Shown: positions 24,704-37,834 of the stretch, one piece after another | Numbering within the stretch: the first letter of the stretch is position 1 | Layout: each line of letters starts with the position of its first letter | NCBI GenBank assembly: GCA_004431415.1 | Contig: QPMI01000542.1 | Location: 124,001 to 188,000 of the forward strand | DNA: 64,000 bases | Source of the DNA: Cyanophora paradoxa CCMP329 | Taxonomy: Eukaryota; Plantae; Glaucophyta | Reading direction: 5' to 3' | Program-made: the position numbers and the translations under genes | Notes under the pieces: model-generated | Database searches by the model: none | Seen by the model: only the letters and a program-made list of their open reading frames with translations | What the model was told of the DNA's origin: nothing

Positions 24704-27330
24704 ATGCAGGGACGTCGACGGTGCGTTTTCGGAGGGCCGCGCGTCGCCGGTAGCGCTAGCCGGCTCACGCGGGCGCCCAGAGGAGACGCACGGGCGGGAT
24801 CACGGGCCCTGGCGGGCGTGAGGACGATCCGCGTCTTCGTCTCGAGCACATTCAAGGACGGGCACGCCGAGCGGGACGCGATCAACCACAGCGCCGTACC
24901 CCGGCTCCGCCTGGTCCGCCCCGCCCGCCGGGACGTTCCGCCTGGCCCTGGCGACCGCAGGCCCTGGCCGGCCGCGGCCTCTTCTTGAACGTCGTCGACC
25001 TCCGATGGGCGCGCCCGGCGCACCGCCGCCCGCCTCGTACCCCCCTCGCTGCCCTCGCTGAGGCCCTCCCCCCGCAGGGCATCACGGAGGGGGCGGCGGA
25101 GAGCGGCGACGTCGTGTGCGTGTGCCTCAATGAAGTCTCCCGCTGCTCCTACTTCGTCGCGTGCGCCCGCGTACCCCTCCGACCGGGTTACAGAGTCTGA
25201 CCCCCCTCCGCAGCTTCTTGAAGTCACTGAGTGGGGGTACGGGTGGGCGCAGCCCCAGGGGGGACCCGAGGACCCCCTCCTCGCCGCGTGCGCGGGGGGC
25301 GATATCCTAAAATAGCGCGGGTCTGACCTCTGGCGTCCCTCAGATCCTTGCGGGCGGCGGAGCGCGATTTCCCTTTTGTAAAAGCGTACCCCCACGCCTC
25401 CTTGACCGAGCTCGAGTCCGCGGCATTCCCGGCTTCGACGTACCCCCGCGCTCGTGTTGCGGCGTACCCCCGCAGGGCCGCGAGCGGGTCCGGAGGGGCA
25501 CCAGCAAGTTCGTTCTACTCCGCGGCGCCAGCGTCCGCCGGGAGGGGGGGGGGTACGGGGGAGGAGGGCCCGGGGCCCGCGCGGCGGCCGGGGGCGCTCA
25601 AGCGCTCGACGTACCCCCCCCCTCCCCCCCCGCCTTCCGTACTCCCGGAGTCCCGCGGAGCGCGCGGCCGCTGTCCACGACGACCTCCTCGCGGTGTCCC
25701 GTACCCCTCCGCTGCTCCGAAAACGGCACTCAGATTTAAAAATAGATGGCGGAGCGGGACCACCCGAGCGGCGGCGCGGACGTGGCTGGAGGAGGCGCGC
25801 CTCTCCCACGAGGCCTTCGCCTCTGCCCGCCGCCGCGTCTACGTCCAGGTGGGTACATCCTCCCTCCGAGAATAGATCCGAAGGCCGAGCGGGGGGTACA
25901 GGTGCAGGGTGCCTTCGCCCCCCTGGACGCGCACGCGGCGGCGCGGACCCCTCCTCGCCACCGGCCCCTCGGGGACGGGTACGCCCTCTCTTCCCTCTCT
26001 TCCACTCTCGCATTCTTCTTCTGAGCCGAACTCACGCCCCTGCAGGCGAGAGCGGTCCGCCCCGTCCCCTCCCTCCACTCCGCCTCTAAACCCGCGGTAG
26101 CCTTGCTGGCGAACTGGGCGGAGAGCCGGGCGCTGCCCCCGCGACGCCCTCATCCTCCACTTCGTCGGCGGCTCCGCGCGCTCCGCCCGCCTCTTTAACC
26201 TCGTCCAGCCCCCCCCCCCCCCCCCCCCCCCCCCCCGCGTCCTCCACGAGATGGGTACGCCGCTTTCCCCTTCGATTTCCGTACCACTGCCTAACTCTTG
26301 GCCCTAACTCAGGGCGGCTGCGGGGGAGGCAACGCCCTCCTGCGGCAGGGCCGGGCGGGCCCCGCGGCCCTCGGCTGTCCGCCCGCCCGGCGCTCACCCC
26401 CGACCGAACCCTTCCGCAGTCTCTGACACTCCGAGCCCAGAGGCGGCGAACGACCTGGCGAACCTGTACGAGGACTTGGGGGAGTACGGGCGCGCCACGC
26501 GGCTCTACGGCGAGGCCTTGCAGGCGCGGCCATACCCCCCCCCTTCGATTCCGTACCCCCTGATCCCTCGGGGGCAGCCGCGGGAGCGGGGTCACGGCAG
26601 AGCATCCCCTCGGGTCCCCCCCTCGGGATCGTGGCGCACAACAACATGATCTTCTCCGGCTCCGAGGACAACACGGTACCCATAATCCCCGCATGAAGCT
26701 GTACCCCGGGCTACCCTCTTACCAGGTCCGGATCCGGGTCTGGTCGCAGGAGACTCTGACGCCAGTCAAGAGCCTCACCGGCCACAAAGTTCGTCCCCGT
26801 ACCCCCCCCCCGCCTCCATTCTGCACTCATTTCGCCGCAGTAGACGGTCTTCTCGCTGGCGGCAAACGGGCGGAACCTCTTCTCCGGCTCCCGCGATCAA
26901 TCCATCAAGGCCCCACCCCACCCCTCGCGCCCGCTTCGTTCGCCGTCTGATTCAGAGTCCCCTCCGAAGGTGTGGGACCTCGCCACCCTCGAGATGCGCA
27001 AGGTGCGGCCCCTAAGCCCGAGCGGCGGCCCCGGCCTGCGGCTGACCTCGCCCTCTCGTCCCGCAGACGCTGCACTCGCCGCACCTGGACGGCGTGAACG
27101 CCTTCGCTCTCACCTCCACCTCTCTCTTCTCCGGCTCCCGCGACAAGGTACGCGGGCGGGGTGGCACGGAGAGAGGGCGGAGCGGCGGGGCGCGGGCGGG
27201 GCGGGGCTGACGGGCGGGGCGCAGTCAATCAAGCAGTGGGACCTGAACGGCTTCCAGGCGACCCGCTCCCGCATGGCCGCCCACGCCGAAGGCGTACCCG
27301 CTCGGGCGCCTACTAGAGCAGGCGTAGGTA
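24704..27330 (+). CDS. DUF4062 (TEP1/NPHP3-like N-terminal) + TPR-like + WD40 protein, NACHT not visible; may be a partly deleted pseudogene
   Basis: Motifs IRVFVSSTFKDGHAERD, VVDLRW|GITE, CLNEVSRCSYFV, YGW, SLTELE and HEAFASARRRVYV; then LILHFVG, the TPR-like LANLYEDLGEYGRATRLYGEAL, and WD40 motifs IFSGSEDNT..VW, SGSRDQSIK|VWDL and LFSGSRDK|SIKQWDL. Confidence 0.7.
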
Positions 27331-29549
27331 GGTTGCTTTCGTTTTCGCTCGAGGGGCGGGCTAGGTGGTGTAGACGAACCGCGTTCCCTTGCTTTTCTGT
27401 TTCTCTTCCAGTTTAAGTGTAGTTATGAGAGAGGATGGAGCGTTCCAGTTAGTAAGTGCATTCCAGGCCTAGGGCCCCTTGCTAAACGGGAGCGGAGGGG
27501 GCGTTAGGGGGACGTGAGCGCGCGGGCCGCCGGGCGGGCCGCCAGACCGGCGACTACTAGCTCTAGATCCGCATGCACCTGCACAATTCGAGATCCGATT
27601 GCAAATATTGATTCAACTTGATCATGACAATGAGCGCAAGTGATCAAGGTTCAACGAGCGCAAGTGATCAAGGTTCGTCTACCGCGTCTAGATCTCCGAT
27701 CTCTAGCCTTGCTTCGACGCTGCGGCCGACGCGCTAGCGCTGTGGGGGCGCGCAAGCTCACGATTAAGCGTACGTACGCGTGAATCTGTAGATCGGGTGC
27801 GCTTCATCCTCAAGCTGATCATGACGCACACGCGCGCGCGCCCTGCATGCGCAGCTGTCGAGCTAGCGCTCGATGCAAACTGCGCGCGGCGGCCGCGGGC
27901 CTTTTAATGCTGCACCATAGGCAGGTACGTGCGCTGCAGCTGGAGGCGCCAGCGACGACGGCCGCGCTCGGATGCGGGCGCGCGCGGGCGGCGCCCCGAC
28001 CGTACCCGGCCGCGGCCCGCCGCGGCCGCCGGACCGAGCTCTCGCAGGCCGAGCCGCGGGACGGACGATTGCATGCTTATTCTGCTTTGCGTTGTTCGCC
28101 GTCTCGTTTGCCGTAAGCTCGTGCGCTCGAGGTCCCGCGGGCGCCGCAGGTGCCGGCGCTGCGCATGCGTCGACGTCGACCTGCGGCGCCGTGCCGCCTC
28201 GCTGCCGCGGCGCCTCGCTACGGCGAAGCCACCTATACGCTCTCTAGAGGCGCGGGGGGCCGCCTCTGCGCAGTGCGCACCTTGGCGACGCAGTGCCGGG
28301 GTTCTGGGCAAAGCCATGAATTCGAAGCCCAAGCCTGCAAGCTGGCCCATCGTATGCGTCTCCAAGTCCCCAAAAAAACGATTGGGACCCCCGGTACAGT
28401 AATTCCCGGTGCTGGTCCGATTTAGGAGCTCGGTCGGCGGGCGTGCCGGGGGGCGTTCTGCAAGCGCGACCATCGCTCCCGGCTAGTTCGATAACGCCCG
28501 GATCGCAACTCGCCGCGTCCCCGGGCGAGCGGTGTGAGCTTCGGGCGGTCGGCAAGCGACTGGCACCTTCGGAGAGCCTCCGGAGCGGCGTGCCGATCAG
28601 CAGGCGGCTCCAACGCCTCCAGAAGTGATAATGTAGCATACAAGATCGTTCTGGAATGCCGCGAGACGCTCCCCGCCTGCCGACCCGCACCGCCCCGCGG
28701 CCGCGTCGCGCAAGCCTCTTAGCGCGGGCGCCCAGCGAGCAGCGGCGGCATCTCCCTGCCTGCAGGACACTATTGGTGCGCTGGGTTGGGTCGCGGGCGA
28801 CAGTCGGTCGCGCGCAACAGTGCCGCTGACGAACGCGCAGGCCGATCGCCTGTCAGGAGCCTCTTCCGATAGCTACTGCACCTGTAGCTGCCACGAGGAG
28901 CCTCTCGGCCGCCCCACCATGCGGGTTTGCGGTCCGCGCGTCCTAGGGCCAGCGGCAGCCGGGCGGCACGTTGGATTCGTCAGCCAACCTTCCACCGGCG
29001 ATCTTCTCCGGCGTAGATAGCCTACAGCCGCCGGATTCAGCGTCCCGGGCTCCTTTTGCAGGCGCCCGCGCGCCTCGTCGGCTCACTGCCTCGGCGCACC
29101 TCGGACAACCGACAGCCGCGCGCCCAGGTGCGGCGCCTCCCGTCGTTCCTCGCGCAGAAAAGGATGATTGAAGGATCGCGCATGCTTAGGGCTCGTCCTG
29201 ACGCTGTTTCGCACAGGTCGGCCGGCTTCGTGCGGATTGCTTGCACCGTCGAAGGCGGACGACGCACCGCGCACGCGAAACGCTCTGCAACATCTCTCCG
29301 GTCGATCCTGTTGCAGGCGAGCCGCGCCCGCTGCCGCGCTGCGCCCGAGCGCCGACCCCCGCCGCAGTTTGATGGTCGCGCGGACGCACCCGTGCGCTCC
29401 CGCCCAATCGCTGTGCATTGCCGTGATCCTCGTCTCAGATGCTCGCGAAACGACCGCGCGGGAGCGGGTCCTCCGCCGCTCCTTCCCCCCTCGCGGGCGG
29501 CCTTCCTCGGCTCCACGACCATCCCGTCGCCGAGCTCGCCCAGGTCCGA

Positions 29550-30470
29550 GGGGTCCCTAGGGGAGGGAGACCCGACTTTCGGCCAACCACGTAGGCTTAT
29601 AGAGGGCTTCAATACGAGTTTAAAAAGCATAGTCTCCGGTCCGGCAGATCACTTTTAGAGACGACTTCCTGGCACCGTTGCCGGGCCGCTGGGCCACGGG
29701 AATCGCTGCCGCGGGCGCGTTCTCTTATCCCGCGCACTAGTCTGCATCTAACCTCAATCCTGGAACTCGCAGATCTCGCAGGCGAGCTCCCCACGCGAAA
29801 CGGCTGAGGAGCTCCGGGCGTTTCGGGTGCGCGCTCGCCAGGGCGGCGATTCCTCCCAAAATTTTCTTAGCGGAGGCAGCTCCTCTGAGGGAGTAGAGTA
29901 CGGGGGACCGCCTTTCGACCCCCTTCGATTCCGTGAGGAGCTTCCTTTGCAAATCTAGCGCCAGGGTCAGGGCGCGGCTCTTAAGCCCCATCAATCATCT
30001 TAAATGTCTCTTCAATGCGCATCTCACATATTTTTGCCTCCCAGATTGTCGGGGATCGATCTGGCGCCTTCGTGGAGGCCGTGGCGGTCGAGTACGGCGT
30101 CCGCCGCCTCCAGGTACGAAGGTCCCCCTGGGGGGCAAAAATCAACTTTCGGCCGACCACGTAGGCTTATAAAGGGCTTCAATACGAGTTAAATGAGCAT
30201 AGTCTCCGGTCCGGCAGGTCACTTTTAGAGAGCCGCTGGCCGCTGCCGGGCCGGGCCGCTGGGCCACGGGAATCGCTGGGCCGGGCCCGCTCTCCTTCCC
30301 CGCGCACTAGTCTGCATCTAATCTCGAGTTCTGCTTGTTCAGATTTCGCAGGCGAGCTCCCCACGCGAAACGGCTGCGGAGCTGCGCGCTTTTCTGGTGC
30401 GCGCTCGCCAGGCCGCGGCGCCGCTCTTAAGCTCTATGCATAATCTCAAATGACTCTTCAATGCGCGCTG
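29550..30470. repeat. Diverged direct duplication of a ~330-450-bp non-coding segment (probable transposon-derived repeat)
   Basis: ACTTTCGGCC(A/G)ACCACGTAGGCTTATA... starts at ~29575 and ~30145. Both copies run through GCGAGCTCCCCACGCGAAACGG and end near CTCTTCAATGCGC. Confidence 0.75.
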
Positions 30471-31734
30471 CGAAGTGCTTCTAGATCGCCCGGTTCTGAA
30501 CGCCCCCCGCCTGACCTTATTCTGACATTATTCTGACACTATTCGCTAGGGCGGACCTCCCGACCCGTCCCAGGCCACCAGAGGCGCGCCGGGCCGCCGG
30601 ACTTGCGCGGCCCGACGGCGACGGGTACGGGCAAGCGGTGCGTACCCCTACCGGGGGGTACATGATTTCTCAGTGACCTTCCTTCAGGTCCTCATTTCTC
30701 GGCACGGCGGCGGCGGCGGGCGGCTCCGCGCGGCTTCCCGTGCGCGTCTTGGCACGGGCCATCCACACGCCGAGCGCTGCGCCCGGCGCCGCGGCCGGCG
30801 AGGAGCGCGGGCCCGGAATCTCCCCTGGAGAACCCTCTGGGCCGCCGCGCTCCTCTGCGCCCCCCCTATTCCCGCGCGTGAAGATGCGCGGGGGTAGCTA
30901 GGATGATTCTTTATCAAAATGTGCAGTAAACATGCAGCGCGATGGTCGCTTTCGGCACAGCGGGGCAGTTTTCACACGCGCCGTCCCGCGGAGCGGCGTT
31001 GGGGGCTTCGCGGCCTATATACTCATCTCTAATCGATAAAGAATGTTCGTGGCATGCTGCGCGCCGGGTGGGAGTTCCGGGGAATGCATTCCGCAGCGGA
31101 AAGTATACGCAGCCGGTTCAAATTTGGCGGCCTGCTGTGAACGCGCCGGCTCATCTCCAGCTTCTGAGACTTGCATATTTGGAATCAGAAGCTTCAAAAT
31201 AGGGTGGGTGCTTAATCATTGAATCCCAGGTCGATACGCGAAGACGGCGCGATCCGGATCCGCGACTCGGTCATGAACATGATGATCATGAACATGATTT
31301 GCATGACATGGCGTCGGCGGTTTGCACTCGACCTGCGCATTTTACATTATACGGAATACCGTAGTACCAAAAATATATACAAGGGTGTAGATGGGGGTTT
31401 TCGAGGGCGCCGGAGACGATGGGCGTGTTCCCGTGGCCAGCCGATTAAAGCCTGAACCGGTATTCAAGATTCGCAGTAATGAGGGCCCCCTATTGCTCCC
31501 AGTGTCATTTCGCCCCGCCCGTTCGCAGCCAGCTTCCACCACTCCGAATATAAGTCATTCAGATGCTATTAAGAGATACTGCATGCCTGGAAGCCCGCTC
31601 GGAGTTCGAACCACGAGCCCCGCACCCCCTCGAGCCCTTGGCCCCCGCGTGCTCAGTCTGCAGATCAGCTAGCTTGGTTCAAATCGGTGCGGTGACAAGA
31701 CATGGGGCCCGGACGCGGGCTGGGGAAGAGAAGA

Positions 31735-31767
<33 letters not shown>

Positions 31768-33705
31768 GGGGAGGGGAGGGAAAAGAGCGGGCCGGGGGGG
31801 AGCGAATGGTGAGGGAGGGCCGGGCTACTAGAGCCTACTACCACCGGCGCTTCGGCGTGGCGGCGGCGCCCGCGAGGGCGGGGGCGGGGCGCTTGCCGTT
31901 GCGGGGCGCGGCGGGGGCGGGGGAGGGGGCGCGAGGAGGGAGAGAGGGAGGGGCGGGGAGGGAGGAGGCCGACGCCCGCCGGCGTTCCGGCGCGGCGGCG
32001 GCCGCGAGGGAGGGCGCTTGCCGTTGCGGGGCGCGGCGACGGCGGCGGCAGGCCGTGGCGGGCCGGGGAAGGCCGGGGCGGGGCGGGGCGGGGAGGGGCG
32101 GGGCGGGGCGGGGCGGGCGGGGCGGGGCGGGGCGGGCGGGGCGGGGCGGGGCGCGGACCTGGACTCGGCGGTTCACGGCCCGCGGCTGCGCGCACGGTGG
32201 GCGAGGCGTCGGCGGGACGAGAGCGCAGCGCCGGCGGCAGCGCAGAAGGGGCGGGGAGGCGCGGGGCGGGGCGGGGCGGGGCGGGGCGGCGGCGTGCAGC
32301 GCACCTACGTCTCACAACGCGCTCTCGCACGCACTCGCCGCGCCGCGAGCGGTCGTCCGCGAACTCATCCCGTTGCCTCCGGGGTCGCAGGAGCCCGCCG
32401 TGCTGTTGCTGCTGCTGGCGCGCGCGTGCCGCGCTCTGGTTCCGCTGCGCGTGCGCACGCGTGTGAGAGGCCACGGCCCGCGAGCGAACGGGGGCAGCTC
32501 GCTCAAGAACGATGCACTCTGATGCATTCTGCACTCTGAAGTCGTTCTGAACCTGTCAGGCCGCGTGGTCAGGGCGGCGTGGCGCGAAGGCGACCCGAGG
32601 CCGTAGCCCGATGCGACCGAGATAAGCGCACAATCGTGGCTCTGATGTATACTGAGATGTTCTGGATCCTTCTGAAGCGGCTGGGACGGCCGCCGGCTCC
32701 GCTCCCTGCACATCTGCGAATCGTGCCAGATCGGCCAGGGCCCGGTCAACGAACTTCTAGAAGTAGTAAAGCATTGATGCAGACCGCTCAAATCTACGTT
32801 CTCAGGCTCCGGGCCCTGGCCGATGTCGGGCCCGGCTGTCGCCGCCCAAACGAAGTCCCCGTTGGCTCCGCGCTTGCGCTTCAACGGCCCAGACTTCGCT
32901 AGCTTACGTTTCCCGGTCGCCTTGCCTATCGTGGCTGCCGTAGCTACGCGCTAGCTAGTGCTCGGTGGTGCGCGCTCGGATTCGCTGTACCCTGTTTTTG
33001 GACTTGGCTAATCGTTTTTTTCGGGACTTGGAGACGCATACGCATACGGTGTACCCCTTTTCGGCGCAAGCCGTTAATTGCTTCAAAGTTCATGGCTCTT
33101 GTTACGGCAGGGGTGATTCCTAGCCAAATCCGGCGCCGAGCTAGTCTGAGAAGTTCCGATCCGGCTACGTCGAAAACTTCCGGACACGGACCTCACCTGA
33201 CTGTTCGGGGAACCGACCAGGCCACGGTCCGTGCAAGCTAAGTGTCAGCGCGCACCGCGCTCTCCGGGACGGCTCGAGGGGACACCGCCCGCCTCGGCGG
33301 GCACGCCTAGCTATAGTACTCTCCCCTGCCCTTTCACCTTCAAAGTCTCGCAGTGTGCACGTGCGTGCACGTGCGCGCAGCCAGAGACAGTGTGCTACGC
33401 CGGCCTCCCAGGCCTGGGCCGAGATATAACGTTACCCTGAAATGACGTACACGTGCTTTTCGAGATCCCTCTAGATCTTTTCCGTGAACGTGCCGAAGTG
33501 CTCGCCCCGCTGGCCTCGCCCTGCCGGCTTGACGCCGTACCCCTCCCCGGTCGCGGCCTCCTCGCAATCGGGCGGGCGGGCTAGCGCTAGCTCTCTTCTT
33601 CCCCGGGGTCGCCGTGCCCTTTGCCGGCGTACCGGCCGCGGGTACAAGTTTCATTACGTATACCATCATTTGGGTTATAATTGCAGTCGCTATATGTAGC
33701 TAAGC

Positions 33706-35562
33706 TTAAGCAGACATATGCATGCCAAACTCGATATCGAATCCATCCGAGCCGATAATCATCTGCACGATGGGCCGAGGCCCGTCACATATACATAGAG
33801 CCGTAGATGTCGACGTTTAGCTTTGGCTTTGACGTACCGCCGCCTCAGCAGCGCTGATGATGTCAGCTTCTGCGATGATGGCGTCGATGTCGCTTGAGTC
33901 GCCGCCGCGGCCGTCCTCCTGAACCAGGTACCGGAAATTCGAATTCAAAGGCCCGCGGCTCAAGCTTGATTTAATTAAAACATATGATCACCACGTGCAC
34001 TCGATCCTTGACTTAGGTTATTATTATTATTCTATGACTCGTGATCAGAGACTGAAGCCCCGCCGGCGCCACGTACTTAATTAGTAAAATATTCATTAGA
34101 ATTAAATGCTCCATTGCCACCAGAAAGCGTCTTAAAATTCGAATTCGAACCGTAAAATCAACGCAGGTGACGGAACCGGGTACATGAGCACTCTGCAGCT
34201 GGCCATGGATGCCAGCGACGGCCTGACATGTGCGATTGAGGTCCGAAACGCTGTCTGTAGAGCCAATGAGCTTCGCCAGGATTCCTTTGCCCGAGCTGCG
34301 ATGGTGCGGATCGATATCGATACATATATATCCAAAGCTAGGCCTAGGAGCGAAGGGCTGTGCATGCGGCTGGGGGCTTACCAATTCGAGTTTTCGAAAC
34401 AGCGAACAAGCTGCTTGCAATTCTTGTCCGCCATGTCCATCACCCAGAGGTAATTGAAGTCAGGCCCGCCGTTGATGTCCCCGCATGCCGCACTGAAATT
34501 TCGAGGAGAGCTCGAGGTGAGTGCTTCAGTTTCGCTCCAAGTTTAAAATAAAAAGTCGCGAAGGTGCTCACGCGCTGTGCTTCCACACGAAGTTGTCCGA
34601 AGAGCATGTTGCGTTGGAGAAGCACTGGAAATTTCGCGACCAGGAAAAAATAAGAGAACGATGTGAGAGAGAAAGATGAGAGAGACCAGGGTCGCAATTT
34701 AAACTCGACAAGCTGAATATTAATTATAAGGCGAGTCTCGATCGTGCAGGGAGACCCGTATTAAGTATAATAATTACGTTTTGTGCACCTTCACACCTGC
34801 GACAGTTGGCATGCATTGCCCCAGGGATCCTTGCGACATGTAGCTCGCATACCCTGAAGGGCAGCGCTCGCTGTAAAACAGGTCGGCGTCCGTCTCCTTC
34901 GTATCGGAGTTGCGACTGCATACGTATATAAGCGTCAAGCCCCGAGCCCGCGCCGATCTAGATCTTATCGGCGATGTTCGGTCAATACGCACTAATCCAA
35001 GAGCCCAGGTCGTACAACAGATGCGCCAGTGCAGTCTGAATTCTCGTAGCATCTGAATTCCAATATCATTGAGTCATAGTATTAACATGATCATTAAACG
35101 CGATGGCCGGGATCGGACAGGAAAACTGGTATTCTAGATCGTGTACATTTCGGCTTTGCATCCGGGGATGCAAGAGAAACAAACGCGCACTCTAAATACA
35201 AGGGACCGCGGAGTTCCACACATTCGGCGACCCCGTCCTTGTCCCGAATTCCAGATTGCATCGCGCGGTTGGTACATAACGATCTGAGGCTCGCCTGCGT
35301 CCTGCGGGTGCGTGAGCCCACCTTCACTGAGTCAGACCCAGACACGCAATTTGCAGCGCACGGTCCGTCGCTCTCCCATGCCGGCTTTCCATCATGCCGG
35401 CTGGCGATCCAGGTTCGGAGTTGTCAAAGATGTCGATGTCAGTACGCGTCGACGTACGCGTCCGATGCGCCTTGAATCGTCCGCTTGCAAATTGTTTGCG
35501 CATGAGGGCGGGTGGATCCGGACGCACCAGTGCGCTTCCCAGAAGCATTGTGCGTTCACCAT
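33706..35562 (-). CDS. Cys-repeat protein, paralog A (multi-exon, lower GC)
   Basis: MVNAQCFWEAHC|..CYENSDCTG..|RNSDTKETDADLFYSERCPSGYASY..VAGVK|CFSNATCSSDNFVWKHS|..MDMADKNCKQLVRCFENSNC|SG.. then an acidic tail. Exons align with paralog B. The ends are approximate. Confidence 0.7.
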
Positions 35563-35903
35563 AACGTCGACTGCGTCGGGCTCTATATGGTACGCGTACT
35601 AGTATACTGGGCTTCCGAAGCTCAGAGCTCAGACAGCTCAGAGGCTGAGTCAGAGCTCGAGGCCGCGCTACAGGCTATAGCTATAGCTAACTTAGTGAGG
35701 TTCGAATTCCAACCGTTGAACGTACGCGGCCAGCTCTAGATCTAGTGCGGCTCTACTACTAGGCTAGGCTACTAGTATATATATATAGGCTGTACAACGG
35801 TATAAGTAGGCTATCATAGATTCATAGTATAGCTATTAGTAGCCTGTTACTAAGTTAGCTAGTATCACTGCCGCAGTCACTTGCACACTGTGTGACAGTA
35901 CTA

Positions 35904-36125
35904 CTGTAGGAGTAGTTAAATTGCCGTGGTTTTAAATTGCCGTAAATTGCCGAGAGGCTGAATTAATATTCGGCAATTTAGCACCACGGCAATTGCGTAG
36001 GGGGTAGGTATTTGCTCAGCCCGCCATAGAACAGATTTCTGGATTTGGCAATTTATCGCCACGGCAATTCCGGTTCTGGGCGAATTCGGCAATTTAACTC
36101 CACGGCAATTTAACTACGCCTACAG
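35904..36125. mobile_element. MITE with ~26-bp TIRs and TA TSD (Tc1/mariner-pogo type)
   Basis: TA|CTGTAGGAGTAGTTAAATTGCCGTGG ... CCACGGCAATTTAACTACGCCTACAG|TA, with internal AATTGCCG repeats. A partial relative lies at ~38712-38810. Confidence 0.85.
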
Positions 36126-36336
36126 TAGTTGCACTGACGCAGTGAGTGCTGCGGCACTGCGGCAGTGCATGCGCAGCGGCACTGCCGGCCGCGGCGCCCC
36201 GGTCTGCCCGCCGTGTGCCCGGCAGCTCGAGCTCAGCAGCCGCTGAGCGCTACGTATACCCGGTAGCAGTGCCTAGCACTGCGGCAGTGCCGCGCACTGC
36301 GGCAGTACCACGGTGCGCATGCGCATGCGGCCGCCG

Positions 36337-36880
36337 GGCAGCATTGTATGCCTTGTATGTGCAAAACTTTTTGCACATACAAGGCATACAATGCTGCCTT
36401 GCAACTTTTTGCAAAACTTTTTGCCTTGTATGTGAAATTTTTGCGAAATTTTTAGAAAATTTTTGCCCCGAAAGAATCGAAACCATCGTCTAAAGTGCTT
36501 CAAATCGCGTTCAAACACGTCTAAAACATTGTTTAACTCATGTTTATCGATAGCAGGCTTGCGAGAGCTGCTATCTGCACATGAAATCCGCCTGCTCGTG
36601 TTTCAAGGCCAAGTACCCCCCTCCCCAACAGGAGCCAGAAGCTCAAGAACTCGCCTTCCACGCTCAGAATAGCCTCAGATTGCCTTCTATGTCGTTTATA
36701 TCTTCATTTAACATCGCCTGAGCCGCCGCAAACGATATATTTCGGAGGATGAGGGGGGGTGGGGTGCAAAAATTGTCCAAAAATTTTGGAGGGCCGAAAC
36801 GGGGACCAAAACTTTTCTGAAAAGTTTTGCAAAACTTTTTGCATTCTTTTTCCAAAATTTTTGGGCGGCGAACCCTGCCG
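36337..36880. mobile_element. Probable non-autonomous DNA element with a 62-bp palindrome at its left end and CAAAACTTTT repeats
   Basis: 36337-36366 is the reverse complement of 36369-36398. CAAAACTTTT motifs recur at both ends, and the right end reads ...AACCCTG. Confidence 0.5.
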
Positions 36881-37504
36881 GGCAGCTCACTGAGTCCGAC
36901 CGACTCCGACGCGTACGGTCACCGGGTCAGCCGCAGGCCCGCAGCTGGCACTGCCTGGCAGTGCCTGGCACTGCGGCACTGCCTGGTAGGGCTGTCGTCA
37001 GTCACTGACAGTCACAGTCAGAGGGTCTGACTGACCTCACTGGGTCAGCTAGCGCTTTTGGCTGACTGACGTTTTCTCAGTCCCATATATATACAACACG
37101 GTGTCAACACCCTGCTGGGAGCGTGCCCCCCTGTGGGCTTTTTCCATCTAGAGCTGACGTGGGTCGATCAAAAAATGCATGACGTGGGTCGCCCATGTGC
37201 ATGGTAAGAGGCTAATGCATATGGAGTCTGACGTGCGCCTGGCGGGGGCCCTGGGCCGAATCTCCTTTTCTCGTCCTCTCTTCTCGCACATCGTGCCTGG
37301 CCTGATGCTTGGCAACTCAGAATGAAGTAGATAGATCGCGCTTGGGTGAATTCCTGCCAATTTCCTGGTCATTTTTCACGGCTTTTGCACGGTAGCCTGA
37401 CTGAACCTCGGGTTGACAGATTCAGTCACAGTCAGGGGGGCCGACGGACTCGGACTGGGTCAGCCGGGGGACTGACTGACGACAGCACTACTAGCCAGAG
37501 TCGG

Positions 37505-37770
37505 GCACTAAATTACCGCGGCATAAATTACCGCGTTTTAAAACCCGGCCCGCCATAGAGCAAAATACCGCGGTACCAAATTACCGCGTTTTTACAAATT
37601 TGAGGCCTGTATGGGGCGGTAATTATGGGGGGTACTGTATGGGGCGACCTCTCACTGGGCTCTCAGCAGGTTATTACCGCGGGACCAAATTACCGCGTTT
37701 TAACAAATTCTCGGCGGTAATTTGGTACCGCGGTAATTAAGTGGGCGCGGTATTTATGTGTTCTACGGTA
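37505..37770. mobile_element. MITE-like element (AATTACCGCG motif family), inverted copy of 38146-38404
   Basis: GCACTAAATTACCGCGGCATAAATTACCGCGTT at 37505 is the reverse complement of 38371-38403. The right end reads ...CTACGG|TA. Confidence 0.75.
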
Positions 37771-37834
37771 GGCTACTGCCTGGCAGTGGCCCTGGCATTG
37801 GTGGGCCACTGGTGGCGCCGGCGGCCCGGCGCTA

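Noticed and set aside
27900-29550. Possible small spliced gene(s)
   Set aside because: Splice-like sites exist, but I could not build a consistent frame or recognise a domain.
31563-32540. ORFs over the G-rich tract (also 46167-46557)
   Set aside because: GGGGC-type low-complexity sequence; may be G-quadruplex-prone, but there is no coding evidence.
37102-37419. Solo LTR (TGTCAAC...GTTGACA)
   Set aside because: Only a 7-bp inverted match, with no TSD and no second copy in the window.
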